A stretch of DNA of 64,000 nucleotides from Octopus bimaculoides (taxonomy: Eukaryota), in the NCBI RefSeq assembly GCF_001194135.2, contig NC_068989.1, positions 8,890,486-8,954,485 of the forward strand, in the 5' to 3' direction. This document shows positions 10,628 through 23,752 of the stretch, piece by piece (positions within the stretch are counted from its first letter, which is position 1; every line of letters starts with the position of its first letter). A program made the translations under genes and the position numbers. The notes below the pieces were generated by a model, which searched no databases, had not been told where the DNA came from, and saw only the letters and a program-made list of their open reading frames with translations.

Positions 10628-11319
10628 ACTCTGACTTCAAGTATGTAGCTAAATAACTCATACTCTTTTTATTGAGCCTGGTCGCAATTCATTTATTTTC
10701 ATTCAGCATCTGGCAGTCGTCTTAGAAATGCCCTGTGTCAAAAAATATCATTCGTGGCAGACGTTCTCTCGACATCGTTCACACACACCCGATTCAGGCT
10801 CAGAAGTTACAGCCCGAGCTATTATCTATAATCGTAAAAATTAAAAGTAATTCAAATTTAATGTCTTCTTGACACAAATTTCTATAGAGATTAGGATTTA
10901 AATTCCAATCTATGGAAAGTTTCCGTTCTACAATACAATATTATTAAAGGAACGGAAAATTATCCTGCAAATCGAGCTGATACGAACGAGTCTGGTAGGT
11001 ATAAAAGACTAACTGGCATCTCTTGTCAAGAATACAGTCGACAGTCAGATCGCAGATGTTTGTTGTGCGCTCCACTGTCGTTATTTGACTGTTGTTATTC
11101 TGCGCATCCGTGTGCAAAGATCAGTTGTGTTTTGTAGGATTGCTCTATTTTTACCCTTAGCTTAGAAATGGAGAAAGACATAGTGCTAGATATTAAAAAA
11201 AAAGGTCATGTGGGGTTAAAAATAAAGCGGAAAAAGGTGAAATTCTTCGAGCAGGTATGTGTCTTATGCGAAATCTATGATGAGCCCAAGTGACGCTGAT
11301 GACCTAGAGTCGCCTCTGA

Positions 11320-11351
<32 letters not shown>

Positions 11352-11360
11352 TGTATGTGC

Positions 11361-11406
<46 letters not shown>

Positions 11407-12779
11407 GCAGAAGTTTTCTGCTTAATTTAAATTTGACTCCTAGTAAACTCTTGCTTATCTTTGTTATTGCCTGTATCCTATGAGCATAATATGCTTGCAT
11501 GTGTATGCCCAAGTTTGACATAGGTAATTTATTCCGGGTAGTAAAACGGATACTCTTATCCCTTAGACTGTTATTCCAACCGCTAACTCTACTAACATAT
11601 ATACATATGTATGTATGTATGTATGTATGCGATGGGTTTCCACAAAGTTTCCGTTTATTAAATTCACCCACAGATCTTACTGCTGGGAACCGAAAACTAA
11701 ACCATGTTTTATAAGGGGAACAACTCTGCATATACAATAATTATTTGCATATTGAAAGAAATAAAGTGCAAGGATCATTACTGAGTACATATAAGAGAGA
11801 ACTATATATGTCCCATTTTTATCTGTAGGTTTCGGTTAGACTAAAATGTAAGCATATAATTAGCTTTTTCTATTATCAGTATATATTTCTCAAAAACAAA
11901 AAAGAACTATCGATTGCAAGTCATTCATCCAAGGGACATAACCAACTTCATTATAAAGGGACATAAATTAAAGTAAGCTTCTCTCCAAATTAATTTCATT
12001 CATTCAAGCGACAGTCTTTCTGTCACATAACAATTCCCGCGTGTTTAATAATATCATTTACTCTCCATAAATGCTGAACCATCTAACTTTTATTACGGAA
12101 GCTGAAAGCAAACAATCGTGGAATTTCGTTTTTGTATCTGGTTAGCAAGATTTAATTCCACTCCTGTTCTTTATTATTTGTCAATTGGTTAACTATCCAA
12201 CTAATTTTTGTTTTTGTTTGTCAAAGCTCTTTCGTTGCTACTTGCAGTCTTTTCAATGACTAATAATAACGAATAATCCTTTCTACAAAAGGCACAAGGC
12301 CTGAAGGTTGATTACATCGACCCCGGCGTGTCACTGATGCTTAATTTATCGACCCCGAAAGGATGAAAGGCAAAGTCGGCCTCGACAAAATTTGAACTCA
12401 GAACGTAGCGACGAGCGAAATACAGCTAAGCATTTTGCCCGGCGTGCTAACGATTCTGCCAGCTCACAGGGCCAGCAATTTTGAGGGAGGAGCAAGTCAA
12501 TCACATCAGTACTCAACTGGTACTTATTTCATCACGCTCCCCATTTTTCCCTCGGGATGCAAGGTAAAGTCGACCTCGGTAGCATTTGAACTCGGAATAT
12601 AAAGACGGACGAAATGTTAAGCATTTTACCCGGTGTGCTGACGATTCTGCCAGCTCGCCGCCTTAATAATAGAGAATAGACCTTTCTACTATTGGCACAA
12701 GGCTTGAAATTTTCGGGGAGGCGGTAGTCGATTAGATCGACTCCAGTACGCAACTAGTACTTAATTTATCGACCCTGAA

Positions 12780-13493
12780 ATGTCGTTTGAGTTTACTTGA
12801 GAAACGGAGAAGGCTTTGTCATCGTGCACTGTGATGAGGTAGTCCGGTAGGAACATCCAACCCGAGAGATAGATGGAGCCTAAAGTTGGGCAACGTTGCT
12901 ACATGGTTGTCTTGCTGGACATAGTAAAAAGATTTCGTAGTGACAAGCGTAACGGGGTTGTTAAGAATTCCATCGAAATTCTTAGAGGGAAACAGATCAC
13001 TGACGTATGACGAAGCAAATTTTCTGTAAACTGGGCGCCATATTGATGGCTTATGAAAGTAGAAAGCGATTCAAAATTAAAGATGCGGTTGTTTTCAACT
13101 GTTTCCATCAGTTATAAGATATCGGGAATTAGGATGTTAGGTTTGAAAAAGGTTGGTGAGAGACATTAGTTCCTTTGGGGAGGAGTCACAACGTGATTTC
13201 GGGTTCAATTCCAATGCGCGGCATTTAGGGTGTCTTTTACTATAACCGTGCCGCTCAATAGTGATTTTGGCACATATATATATACACACACACATATGTA
13301 TATATATAGTTGAAATTTATAGAAAAACAAAAGACGAAGACAGATGTATGAACAACAAGCAGGTGTATTTGTTTGACGCCCGGAGAAGTGAAAAAGTCTT
13401 TTACGTTTCGAGCCTACGCTCTTCAACAGAAAGGAATGAGAAAATAGAGAGAGAATAAAAAAAAAAACTTGTGGATTTAGCGGTCAAGCATGG

Positions 13494-13531
<38 letters not shown>

Positions 13532-14187
13532 AAATAGTAAATGAGTATATGCATATATACGTACAGGTATGTGCATACCGACATCCACCTGTATGTATAG
13601 GTGCATATCTGGGTACAGGACATTGCAAACANNNNNNNNNNNNNNNNNNNNNNNNNNNNNNNNNNNNNNNNNNNNNNNNNNNNNNNNNNNNNNNNNNNNN
13701 NNNNNNNNNNNNNNNNNNNNNNNNNNNNNNNNNNNNNNNNNNNNNNNNNNNNNNNNNNNNNNNNNNNNNNNNNNNNNNNNNNNNNNNNNNNNNNNNNNNN
13801 NNNNNNNNNNNNNNNNNNNNNNNNNNNNNNNNNNNNNNNNNNNNNNNNNNNNNNNNNNNNNNNNNNNNNNNNNNNNNNNNNNNNNNNNNNNNNNNNNNNN
13901 NNNNNNNNNNNNNNNNNNNNNNNNNNNNNNNNNNNNNNNNNNNNNNNNNNNNNNNNNNNNNNNNNNNNNNNNNNNNNNNNNNNNNNNNNNNNNNNNNNNN
14001 NNNNNNNNNNNNGAGAGACAAAGTGGTGCGTGCGTTGCTTGGCGAAAGCCAAGGAAGGAAAGGATTATTGACCGGAAGCATGTGACCATGCCGGTAGAGG
14101 GAGAAACAAAGGGAGGAAGTAGAATAGGTGAGCAACAGGGGAAAAGAGAAAGAGAGGAAATACGAGGGGGAAAAAGAGGTACGTAGT

Positions 14188-14224
<37 letters not shown>

Positions 14225-14700
14225 ATATATAGTGTTCTTTGTGTTTGTGCCCCCGCCACCTGACAACCGGTGTTGTTTGGTTTACGTTCCCCGTAACTTA
14301 GCGATGTGGGAAAAGAAACCGATAAAATATTACAATAAATACTGGGGGCGATTTGTTCAACTAATCCCTTCAAAACGGTGCACATCATGACCCCAGTTCA
14401 GTGACTGAAACAAGATCTTCGCCATAGACTCGATCAAGCAGAATGATAGCAAAAGGTTTATGGAAAGGTGAATATGTATAAGCCAATACAGGACGGCAAA
14501 CGGATCAAGCAGTGCTGTCGATGTGGAAAGAATGGCAGTCAAGACGAACTGTGCGCATTGATCTCAGATTATAACTGCTAGGAAAGATGAAGGGAGACAA
14601 ATGTCCTCGATGTACGATGGGGAAATATAAAGAAAAAAAATCAGTGCCAGTGTAGTGTGTGATCGACATGCCATTGTGATCTACAGCAACTTAAATCTAA
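12780..14700 (+). pseudogene. Possible highly decayed piggyBac transposase fragments, split by SINEs, microsatellites and a gap
   Basis: 12890-13040 gives EPKVGQ...VVLLDIVKRFRSDKRN...KQITDV (loosely like the PGBD core), and 14595-14690 is Cys-rich like the piggyBac C-terminal domain. Many stops; resemblance only. Confidence 0.25.
13320..13497 (-). mobile_element. Short interspersed repeat carrying a minimal hammerhead-like motif (second copy 48232-48412)
   Basis: Two copies share about 85% identity by eye; both sit inside SINE microsatellite regions. Confidence 0.6.
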
Positions 14701-14899
14701 GACTAGCTTGTGATTTACATTCAAAATTTTGTTATAAATTTGCACATATTGAACCAGTCGCATATAATCCTCCTGCTCCTATATATATATATATATATAN
14801 NNNNNNNNNNNNNNNNNNNNNNNNNNNNNNNNNNNNNNNNNNNNNNNNNNNNNNNNNNNNNNNNNNNNNNNNNNNNNNNNNNNNNNNNNNNNNNNNNNN

Positions 14900-15635
14900 T
14901 TATATATATATAGTATAGATATATATACTTATTTATATATATATAGTATAGATATATATATAGATATATGTATTTATATATATATATAGATATATGTATT
15001 TATATATATATATAGATATATGTATTTATATATATATATAGATATATGTATTTATATATATATATAGATATATGTATTTATATATATATATAGATATATG
15101 TATTTATATATATATATAGATATATGTATTTATATATATATATAGATATATGTATTTATATATATATATAGATATATATACTTATATATATATATAGATA
15201 GATATATATATACTTATATATATAGATATATATACTTATATATATAGATATATATACTTATATATATAGATATATATACTTATATATATAGATATATATA
15301 CTTATATATATAGATATATATACTTATATATATATAGATATATATACTTATATATATAGATATATATACTTATATATATAGATATATATACTTATATATA
15401 TATAGATATATATACTTATATATATAGATATATATACTTATATATATATAGATATATATACTTATATATATATAGATATATATACTTATATATATAGATA
15501 TATATACTTATATATATAGATAGATATTTATATATAGTATAGATATATATATATTTATATAAATTTTATATTTATTTATATATATATATATACTTATATA
15601 TAGTATAGATATATATATTTATTTTTATATATATT
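14900..15635. repeat. TA-based higher-order tandem repeat
   Basis: About 8 units of GATATATGTATT(TA)n (~26 bp), then about 15 units of GATATATATACT(TA)n (~22 bp). Confidence 0.9.
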
Positions 15636-17297
15636 TATTTGTGCTTCAGCCAAGTGGCTACGGTCATGCTGGTGCACCACCGTAATTTTCCACGTTCCTT
15701 GCATGGCTCTTTATATATATATTTATATTTACATGTATTTATCTCTGAGTGGTTGGCGTTAGGAAGGGCATCCAGCTGTAGAAACTCTGCCAAACCAGAC
15801 TGGAGCTTGGTGTTGCCATCCGGTTTCACCAGTCCTCAGTCAAATCGTCCAACCCATGGTATGGAAAGCGGACGTTAAACAATGTATTTATATATATATA
15901 TTTATTTATATATATCTATTTATTTATATATATCTATATATCTATTTATTTGTTTATATAATTATTTATATAATTATTTGTTTATTTATTTATATAATGT
16001 CCCTGTTAAATCCACACCCATTGCCTCCCAATGCTCTCGTCAGTATCACTTACCGTCTCTTCCAGTTGTCTGTAACGAAAAATGACATTGGATTTTTTCC
16101 CCATCTTCAGCATCATGTTGCTTGTGTAACGAAGGATATTGGACCTAGCCATATTCACATACGCCTTAGCTCCCTCATTATAATTTCACTTCTTTCGGCC
16201 ACCATCACCGAACATGTGTCAGGATTCTTGGCATCCAGAATATTCTAACATATCCTTTTCTGTTCAGTCATCACTAGTGACATTCATGTCCACCTCTACA
16301 GCCATCCCTCACTGCAATCACTGATATTCGCTAGTTTCTTTCACCTGCTTACAGAGTAAGTCTAAAAACTCCACCGATGCTATGATCAAGTTCACGCACT
16401 ACACTTTACTAAGCGGTTGGTGAATGAGCGAAGACAACGTTGGTAAGATATGCCGTTTTGTCTAACTTCTCTGGCGCCACGATAAAATGTACTCGGACCA
16501 CTCAGAAAAGTAGTTGGTGTTACGAAGGGTGTCCAGTCATAGAAATCATGTCAAAAATTAAACCTCTGCCTGAAAACATGGTCCCCCAAACCATCACTGA
16601 ATGGTGAGTGGTGAAGGGCAGCAGTAACATTAAATAGCAACTACATGACGATCTATCTAGGTCATGCTAAGATAAGAAGTGGATGTAAAATGTTGTTGAT
16701 GATGATGATGATGATTGCGGTGTTCATACTCACCTCGTTTATCAAAACCAATAAACATCTATTGCTATTCAAAGTGAAATCAGGATCAGTCAATACTCCT
16801 CATCGGAATTACACAAAACCACATGTAACATTTGAGTGATTTTTGTCGATTTTTCTTTTTTTTATAATATTTTTTAATCACTATTTTGTTACAAAACCCA
16901 AGAAGTCAACCAAAACTGATTTATCTTCAACATCAGATCACACACACACACACACACAGATGAATGACCCAAGATCTGAGAGAGAGAGAAAAAAAGAAAA
17001 CATGCGGCACATTATAACTCAATACAAACATGCATACAAATCAGAAAAGCAAAAGGAAATGAACACACATATTCTTTATCGGTTAATAAGGCTACTATCG
17101 GTTTCCAGTCATCAGAAATTTCTCAACAATTATCAAGTCTGTCACAAAGATCGCTGGGACTCGTCTCCAAGATGGAGATGAGTACCAACAAGAAATTTTT
17201 CCTGACATGAAACCAATCGTAGCCATAGTGACCCACATATAAAGAATATTTATCCACCAATGCAGTGTTGAGCACTCATTCTAACTGTTCAATATTA

Positions 17298-17338
<41 letters not shown>

Positions 17339-17389
17339 AATCACATCAATAAAAAAAAAACTATCAATACTTTAATATAGTATACATTG

Positions 17390-18919
17390 TTTTGTTGTTC
17401 TTTCTTCATTTTTATTGAAATATTTATAGGTTTATTTTTTGACTTTGTCTTGACCATTCCTTAGCCGCCCACCGAGCAACTCGAACTTTTAAAACCTCAC
17501 TTTTAAACTGTCTCTTTTAAGCAAGTTGAAAAGGAGAAGCTATTTCCAAACTTCCCAGCTTCCAGAATAAAGGACAGAAATTTAGATTAAAAACAAGTTC
17601 AACATACTTCCAAATACCAAAAACACACATATACACAGTGATGTAGACAATCATACACACAGGTACATTTATATACATACATATGTAGTCAAATATATGT
17701 GCATATGTACATATGTGTATATATACTTGTAAATATGTATAAGCATATACACATTTACACATGTATATATTTTCAAATATGTGTATGTATATATATAATA
17801 TATACGACTACATGTATACATACTATGTATGTGTGTGAGTATGTATATATATACACACACATGCATGCACAACATAAGAGAGAGAGTGTGTGTGATTGCA
17901 TGAATGTGTCTGAGCAAATAGTGAGAAAAAGTTGATATCTACATTTAATGCTTGATGGACATCCACTAGCAAATCCACTAATAAACTGTTTTCACTTCAT
18001 CCCAAAAAATAATGCTACGTTCAGCCAACAAGAAACTTTCTCCTACACCTATCAACTACCTACACTTGCTAAAGCAGTGAAATCTACCCAGACAGCCACT
18101 TCAGAGTGTTTCCATTTACCCCCACCCAAATCAACATTCTTCATAACAAATGCTTTTTTTTGTTTGTTTTTTCATTTGTTTTTGACAGTTTTTCTGCTTT
18201 GAACTCATAGGTAGAGATTAGAAGAAAAAAGAAATTATCATAGATAAGGGCTTAACTTTATTGTTATCTGCCCTCATTGTAACTAACTATGGCTTTATAC
18301 ATAAGATTTGTCAGTGATATGATGTTAAAAAATAAAAAAACAATTTGCTGTTTCGATAATTTTGCAGAATGGACAAATAGTTAGAAAGAAATTCCACCCA
18401 ATAATATGGGGGTGGAAATCTAAATCTAAAGAAAACTAGCCATAAAGCTTGGCTATTTCTGTACCAATTCTAACCTCAATACATTTCAGATTTCATTAAG
18501 TCATAATTATCATAATTTATTGTGTATATATACTTTTTTTTTTTAAGTAGGGAAAATCAACTGCTAATTAAGAAGCTAGAAACAGACTGGTTTTGTTTCA
18601 AGATAACACAAATACATATCTACTAAGCCAGAACAAATTTTTTGTCTTGATTGGCTAAAAAAAAAAGAAAAAAAATCACCTCAGCCCCTCACTCTGCACT
18701 GAATAAGAGACAATAGCTTTGTTTTACTCTTTAAACTAGTAAATCTTAAGAAAAAAAAATAATAAAATAAAATAATTTTGAAAGTAAGAACAAAAACTTA
18801 ATAGTTTAAATGTTACATTTTTTTCATTTTGTTTTGTTTTTAATATGAGAAGGATAAAGCTTTGGCATAACAAAATACAAGGATAGAAGTCAGAAGCTGC
18901 TAGGAACCAACCTACATGC

Positions 18920-18951
<32 letters not shown>

Positions 18952-20558
18952 GTCTGAGACCTGGCAGAACCTAACTTACAAAACACACTAAATTTTAAAT
19001 ATCCTCTACTAAGTTTTCTTCTATTTGCTTTTTGGTCCCCAAGAAGTAACCATGGTAACAATGTTAGAGATTATGACTTGCACACACAGTCCTGGAACAT
19101 TGAAAAAAAAATGCTACAAGGGAAGGAAGGCAACTGAAAAAAAATCCCAAAAACTATTTAATGACACGAAGATGTTTCACATTCTCACCCTTTCAATAAA
19201 AAAAAAAGGAGGTAAAATATACGGGAAAAAAAAAACCATTTTTAAAATATAACAAAAAATAAAATAACAAACAGCAGGCAAAGATGGACTTTGCTGGTTT
19301 ACAAAAACAGAAGAATGCAGCTGTGATTCCATACCATGTCTTATTAAAAAATAAAGTCTTAAAAAAAAAAACCCCAAAAAACAAAATGTGTGCTGCTGCT
19401 CGTAGGAACATTGATGGAAATAAAAGAGAGTCTCAGAACTAAGAGGAAGCAGGTTAGACAGAGAAAAAGAGGTTAATGACCTTGACAGATAACTGATGTT
19501 GCCGAAATACAAATTACCCCAAAAAGATAATTGAAAAAAAAAAAGCAATCAACAAGTTGTTCCAATTAATTAATCAATAAATTAATTAAAGTTAAGTGTA
19601 GAAAACTGTTGTTGATTTTTTAACCAAAAGAAATATAAATATATAATGTGTATATATAATACATATAGATATATTATATGTATATGTATATATATACACA
19701 TATATATATACACATACATGTATCTCAAATGCACCCAAAAAGAAACTGCTATACATATACACCACAACCAAACTTCTGTTCCCTTGAAATACTTCTTCCT
19801 TTTAACAGGCAATCATTATTATTATTATTAATTTTTTTTTTTTGTAATTTTTATTTTTACATTTTTTGTTTATCTCTGAAACAGTTCAATCCATTTCGTA
19901 AAGTGATGCATCAATGTGTGTATATATATATATATGTATATATATATGAGGGGTGGTAGTTGTAGTAGAAAGAATTGAGTAAACCTACTTCCATATATCA
20001 TCAGGTAGTCCAAAACAAAAAACAGGTGAACTGTGTTGATGGTCAGTGGCCACAATAGCAGAAAGTCAGTCAAATTTACTCCCTGACACATCAGTGCTTT
20101 TCATCTTCCATTTTATTGCAGTTTCGTAATTTGTTTTCCAATCCAAATATTTCTTCAAATATTTTTGTTTTTTAAATTTATCTCAATTTTTGCTTTTTTT
20201 CCTTTCTGTTATATTGATTAGGAACTTTTTTTTTTTTTTTTTCCTGTGTTCATTTACACTTGTATGTGTGTGTGTGCGCATGAATGTGTTTGCGTGAATG
20301 TATGCATGCAGTGTTTCCTTTCTTTCTTTAATCAACATNNNNNNNNNNAAAAAAAAAAAAAAAAAAAATGAAAATTCAGAGTTGGGAGACAAAGAGAGGA
20401 TGATGCTACAGCTGCTACAGCTGGCCTGTAGCTGCTGCCATTGTGGCCTTATTTACAACATATCTTTGTGGATCCTAAGAGTCCCATCACAAAGACATTT
20501 TTTTTTATTTACTATATTCTTACTTGTTTTATTTCTTTCTTTCACTGCCCACATCACT
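17390..20558 (-). other. TM9SF3: Probable TM9SF3 3' UTR (up to ~3.2 kb)
   Basis: Follows the stop codon, is A/U-rich and lacks recognisable SINEs. A distal AATAAA at 17411-17416 (minus strand) is followed by a U-rich tract; a proximal AATAAA lies at 20112-20117. The 3' end is inferred. Confidence 0.45.
17411..17416 (-). terminator. Candidate distal polyadenylation signal AATAAA
   Basis: tttatt on plus; downstream on the transcript: a CA about 20 nt later, then GTATTGATAGTTTTTTTTTTATTGATGTG (U/GU-rich). Confidence 0.35.
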
Positions 20559-20626
20559 TTAGTCAATTTTTACAGTAGAATAGATCTTTCTCACAAAATA
20601 ACTGGTGCCTATATACCCAAATGTAC
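20559..20626 (-). CDS. TM9SF3: TM9SF3 last coding exon 15 (68 nt; [21 protein letters not shown])
   Basis: Acceptor tttcag; ends ATT GAC TAA. The terminal KID fits the KxD/E Golgi-retention motif known for TM9SF/EMP proteins. Confidence 0.96.
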
Positions 20627-22123
20627 CTGAAAAGAGAGAAGTAATGTTTTAGACACACACAAACAACATATCTTTAATAAGACAAAAAAGGCAGAATTCT
20701 GCTTTAAGAATATAAACTCCCCATAACTTTTTTAGTTTGCAAAATTTTCAGAAAGTCTTTGCAAATTTGTGTTCGACACACGAGAATTCATATGACTATG
20801 AAAGAAACAAAAAAGGAATTTTTGTGTGATTTAAGGGATATTTGGCTTGTTACTTTTAGTACCTCTTATGACTACCTCATAACATTCTTGCTTGTTTGTC
20901 AATCTGATACAGTTCTATATTTAAGAGATGAGGGATTATGTACATTTACATTTGATGGCTATTTTTCATCTGTTTGTTGTTAACACGTTTTGGCTGATAT
21001 ACCTGCCAGCCTTCATCAGGTGTCTTGGGGAAATTTCGAACCTGGGTTCTAATTCCTAAGGTATTTTTCGATAATAATATTAATAACATCAAAAAGTACC
21101 TTAGGAATGAGAACCCTGATGAAGACTGGAGGGTATATCAGCCAAAGCATTGTGTTAACAACAAACAAGATGAGGACAAATATCCGTCAAATGCAAATAA
21201 TAATGTATTGATGTTTTTCAATATCTTTTTCCCCATAAACACATTTAATGGTCTATTGCTGGAATTTAAGCCAAAATTTCAGACTGTCCATATTTTAAAC
21301 TATGATTTTTAAGAAAAAGATTAAAAAAAAATTTTTTTCTTTCATAGTCGTATGAATTCCCATGTGTAGAACACCAATTCACAAAAATTGTTTGAAAATT
21401 CCAAAAAATAAACAAGTCATTGGTGGGGGTTATAGGGATGCTTAAAGCAGAATTCTGCCAACAAAACTTTTTGATACTTGGGGTTCAGGGACAAGTTTCC
21501 AAATTCAAAATGCAAAACACAGTCAAGTCAACAAAACAGTAAGCTTCTGACATGTGACACAGCAGTATTATGTGTTCTTTGGTTAGTTTTTTTTTTTTTT
21601 TTTATGTAACCCTGAGCCAGCACAGATCAAGCAGACCTACAATCAAAGATATTCTAATCAAGACCATCCCATCATTTTTATATGGGATGAAGGGTTTGGC
21701 AGGATCTGATGGGCCCAAGGATTGCATCAAGTACCAATGGCTACTTTGGAATGATTTCAACAGTCGGATGCCCTTTGTAACATCAACAGCATTTTTGCTT
21801 TTTTGTTTTTGCGTACCACCAACACCAGTGAAACGACCATGCAGCTTGCATGACTACAAGCCCCATGGAGAGGGGATAGTAACCGTATGCAAAGAGATAA
21901 AGAGCAGAGAGGTAAAATATAAAAGAAAGGGGCCAGAGCAAAACCGGCTTCTTGCTGCAGAGGATCTTCACGACTCCTCACATTTTAGACGTGGCCAGAT
22001 GGAGCTGCAAAGCATTATTTAAATGAATCTGCATTGAGCATAGTGACAGGTTCAACTATTCTTTAGCATACACAGAACTGTATAAACTGCTTTTAGATAA
22101 TGCTTTGTTTTTTTATTTATATC

Positions 22124-22157
<34 letters not shown>

Positions 22158-23714
22158 TATGGATAAATGATAGGAAATGGAATTCTTTTACTTGTTTCAG
22201 TCATTTGACTGAGGCCAAAAACGTTAGCACACCGGACGAAATGCTTAGTGGTATTCTGAGTTCAAATCCCACTGAGGTCGACTTTGCCTTTCATCCTTTC
22301 GAGGCTGATAAATTAAGTACCAGTTGCGTACTGGGGTTGATTCTAATCGACTGGCCTCCTCCCGCAAAATTTCAGGCCTTGTGCCTAGAGTAGAAAAGAT
22401 TTGACTGTAGCCATTCCGGAGCACCACCTTAAGAAGAATTTTGTTTACCTTAATTTTGAAAAATAAAAGCTGTATAAAAAAGCCGCATTATTTATGGGAT
22501 GACCCAATATATACACACAATACTCATCACACATTCCCCATACAGTAAAACACAGGAATAGCAAAAGCAGTACTTACCACACATAATCCCTAGTGCTAAA
22601 CTGAACAGTGCCATGTAGCCAAAGTAAAAAGTTGTCTGGAACAATCCATACATCCTGAAGAGATAAAATTCTATGGTAAAACAGCAGTAATTCCATTTAT
22701 CAATATAATTTATCAGGAATGCTATAGACTCACCCAGCAGGTTATACATGAACCAGACCCCTCTCCTCAACCCTTTCATTACTATATTTCTAAGTAAAAC
22801 ACAACCCCTTATAAGTTTCAATTAAACTATAAAATAATCATAAATTTAGACTGGTTTCATTAAACAACTGTAATTTTTTAATGTGATTTTTGGAACACAA
22901 TTGAAGAAAAGGTTCTTAGTTCAATTGCATAACTTTTGTCTCATAGTGACTCTAATTACAGGTGTAAATACAAGTAAACAACATGCTATCTTTTTTCTCG
23001 GTTTGTTTCCATAGTGATTGCTTCAAATAAGCTTACATTTGCTTGATTTTTCCATATCTTCCATCAAAAGGCCCCCAAATTCAGAATCACTGCTTGATAG
23101 CATGAAACTGTTGTCCATTTTAAAAGTTGAAAAAAAAGTCACCGAAGAAAAAATGTGGAAAAAAAAAATTTCCCAAAATTCGCAGAGCTAAGATGTCACA
23201 TCAAACAATTTTAGATACTGTAACTTGACTATTTACAAAGCGAAATCACATGTTTTCACGAATATACTAACGAGATTTGTGTTGAAATTCACATTTAAAT
23301 ATCAATGAGCTCCGGTGGCTTCGGCAGAGTTGGTTGTTTGTGCCAAAAAATTTTTCAGCTGGCTGCAGCCGGGTCAGTAACAAAAGGGCTAAGGGTTATT
23401 TCAACCTTAGGCAGGGTAAGTGGTTCACATGACATCAAGGCATGCCCACATATCAGTGGATCTATGCAACCCATATCTAGAGGCCAGCCTTTCCACAAGT
23501 CTTGTATGTTTTAGCCAGAGAAACATCTAGCATCTGACCCGCATCTGCAACCCTTCACAGGTACTACCAACTCAGGCCAGAGTGGAATTGGGAGTAGTGG
23601 TAACTAAGGGGCAACTCAGTGCTCCCTAAAACTCATCAGCCAAGATGAAGCTCCATTGGATACAGTTTAGTGTGTTACCCAAGACAACATTTGCATATAC
23701 ATATGCACACATAA

Positions 23715-23752
<38 letters not shown>

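Noticed and set aside
11264-11737. 157-aa minus-strand ORF
   Set aside because: Stitched from microsatellites and SINE sequence; the 64-aa unique part matches nothing I recognise and has no clear splice support.
14900-15635. Regularly spaced repeats (also 32262-32486, 42150-42290) as a CRISPR array
   Set aside because: No unique spacers, no cas genes and a spliceosomal animal context; these are tandem minisatellites.
21570-22022. 150-aa plus-strand ORF inside the last TM9SF3 intron
   Set aside because: Overlaps repeat fragments, has no domain motif and lies antisense within an intron.
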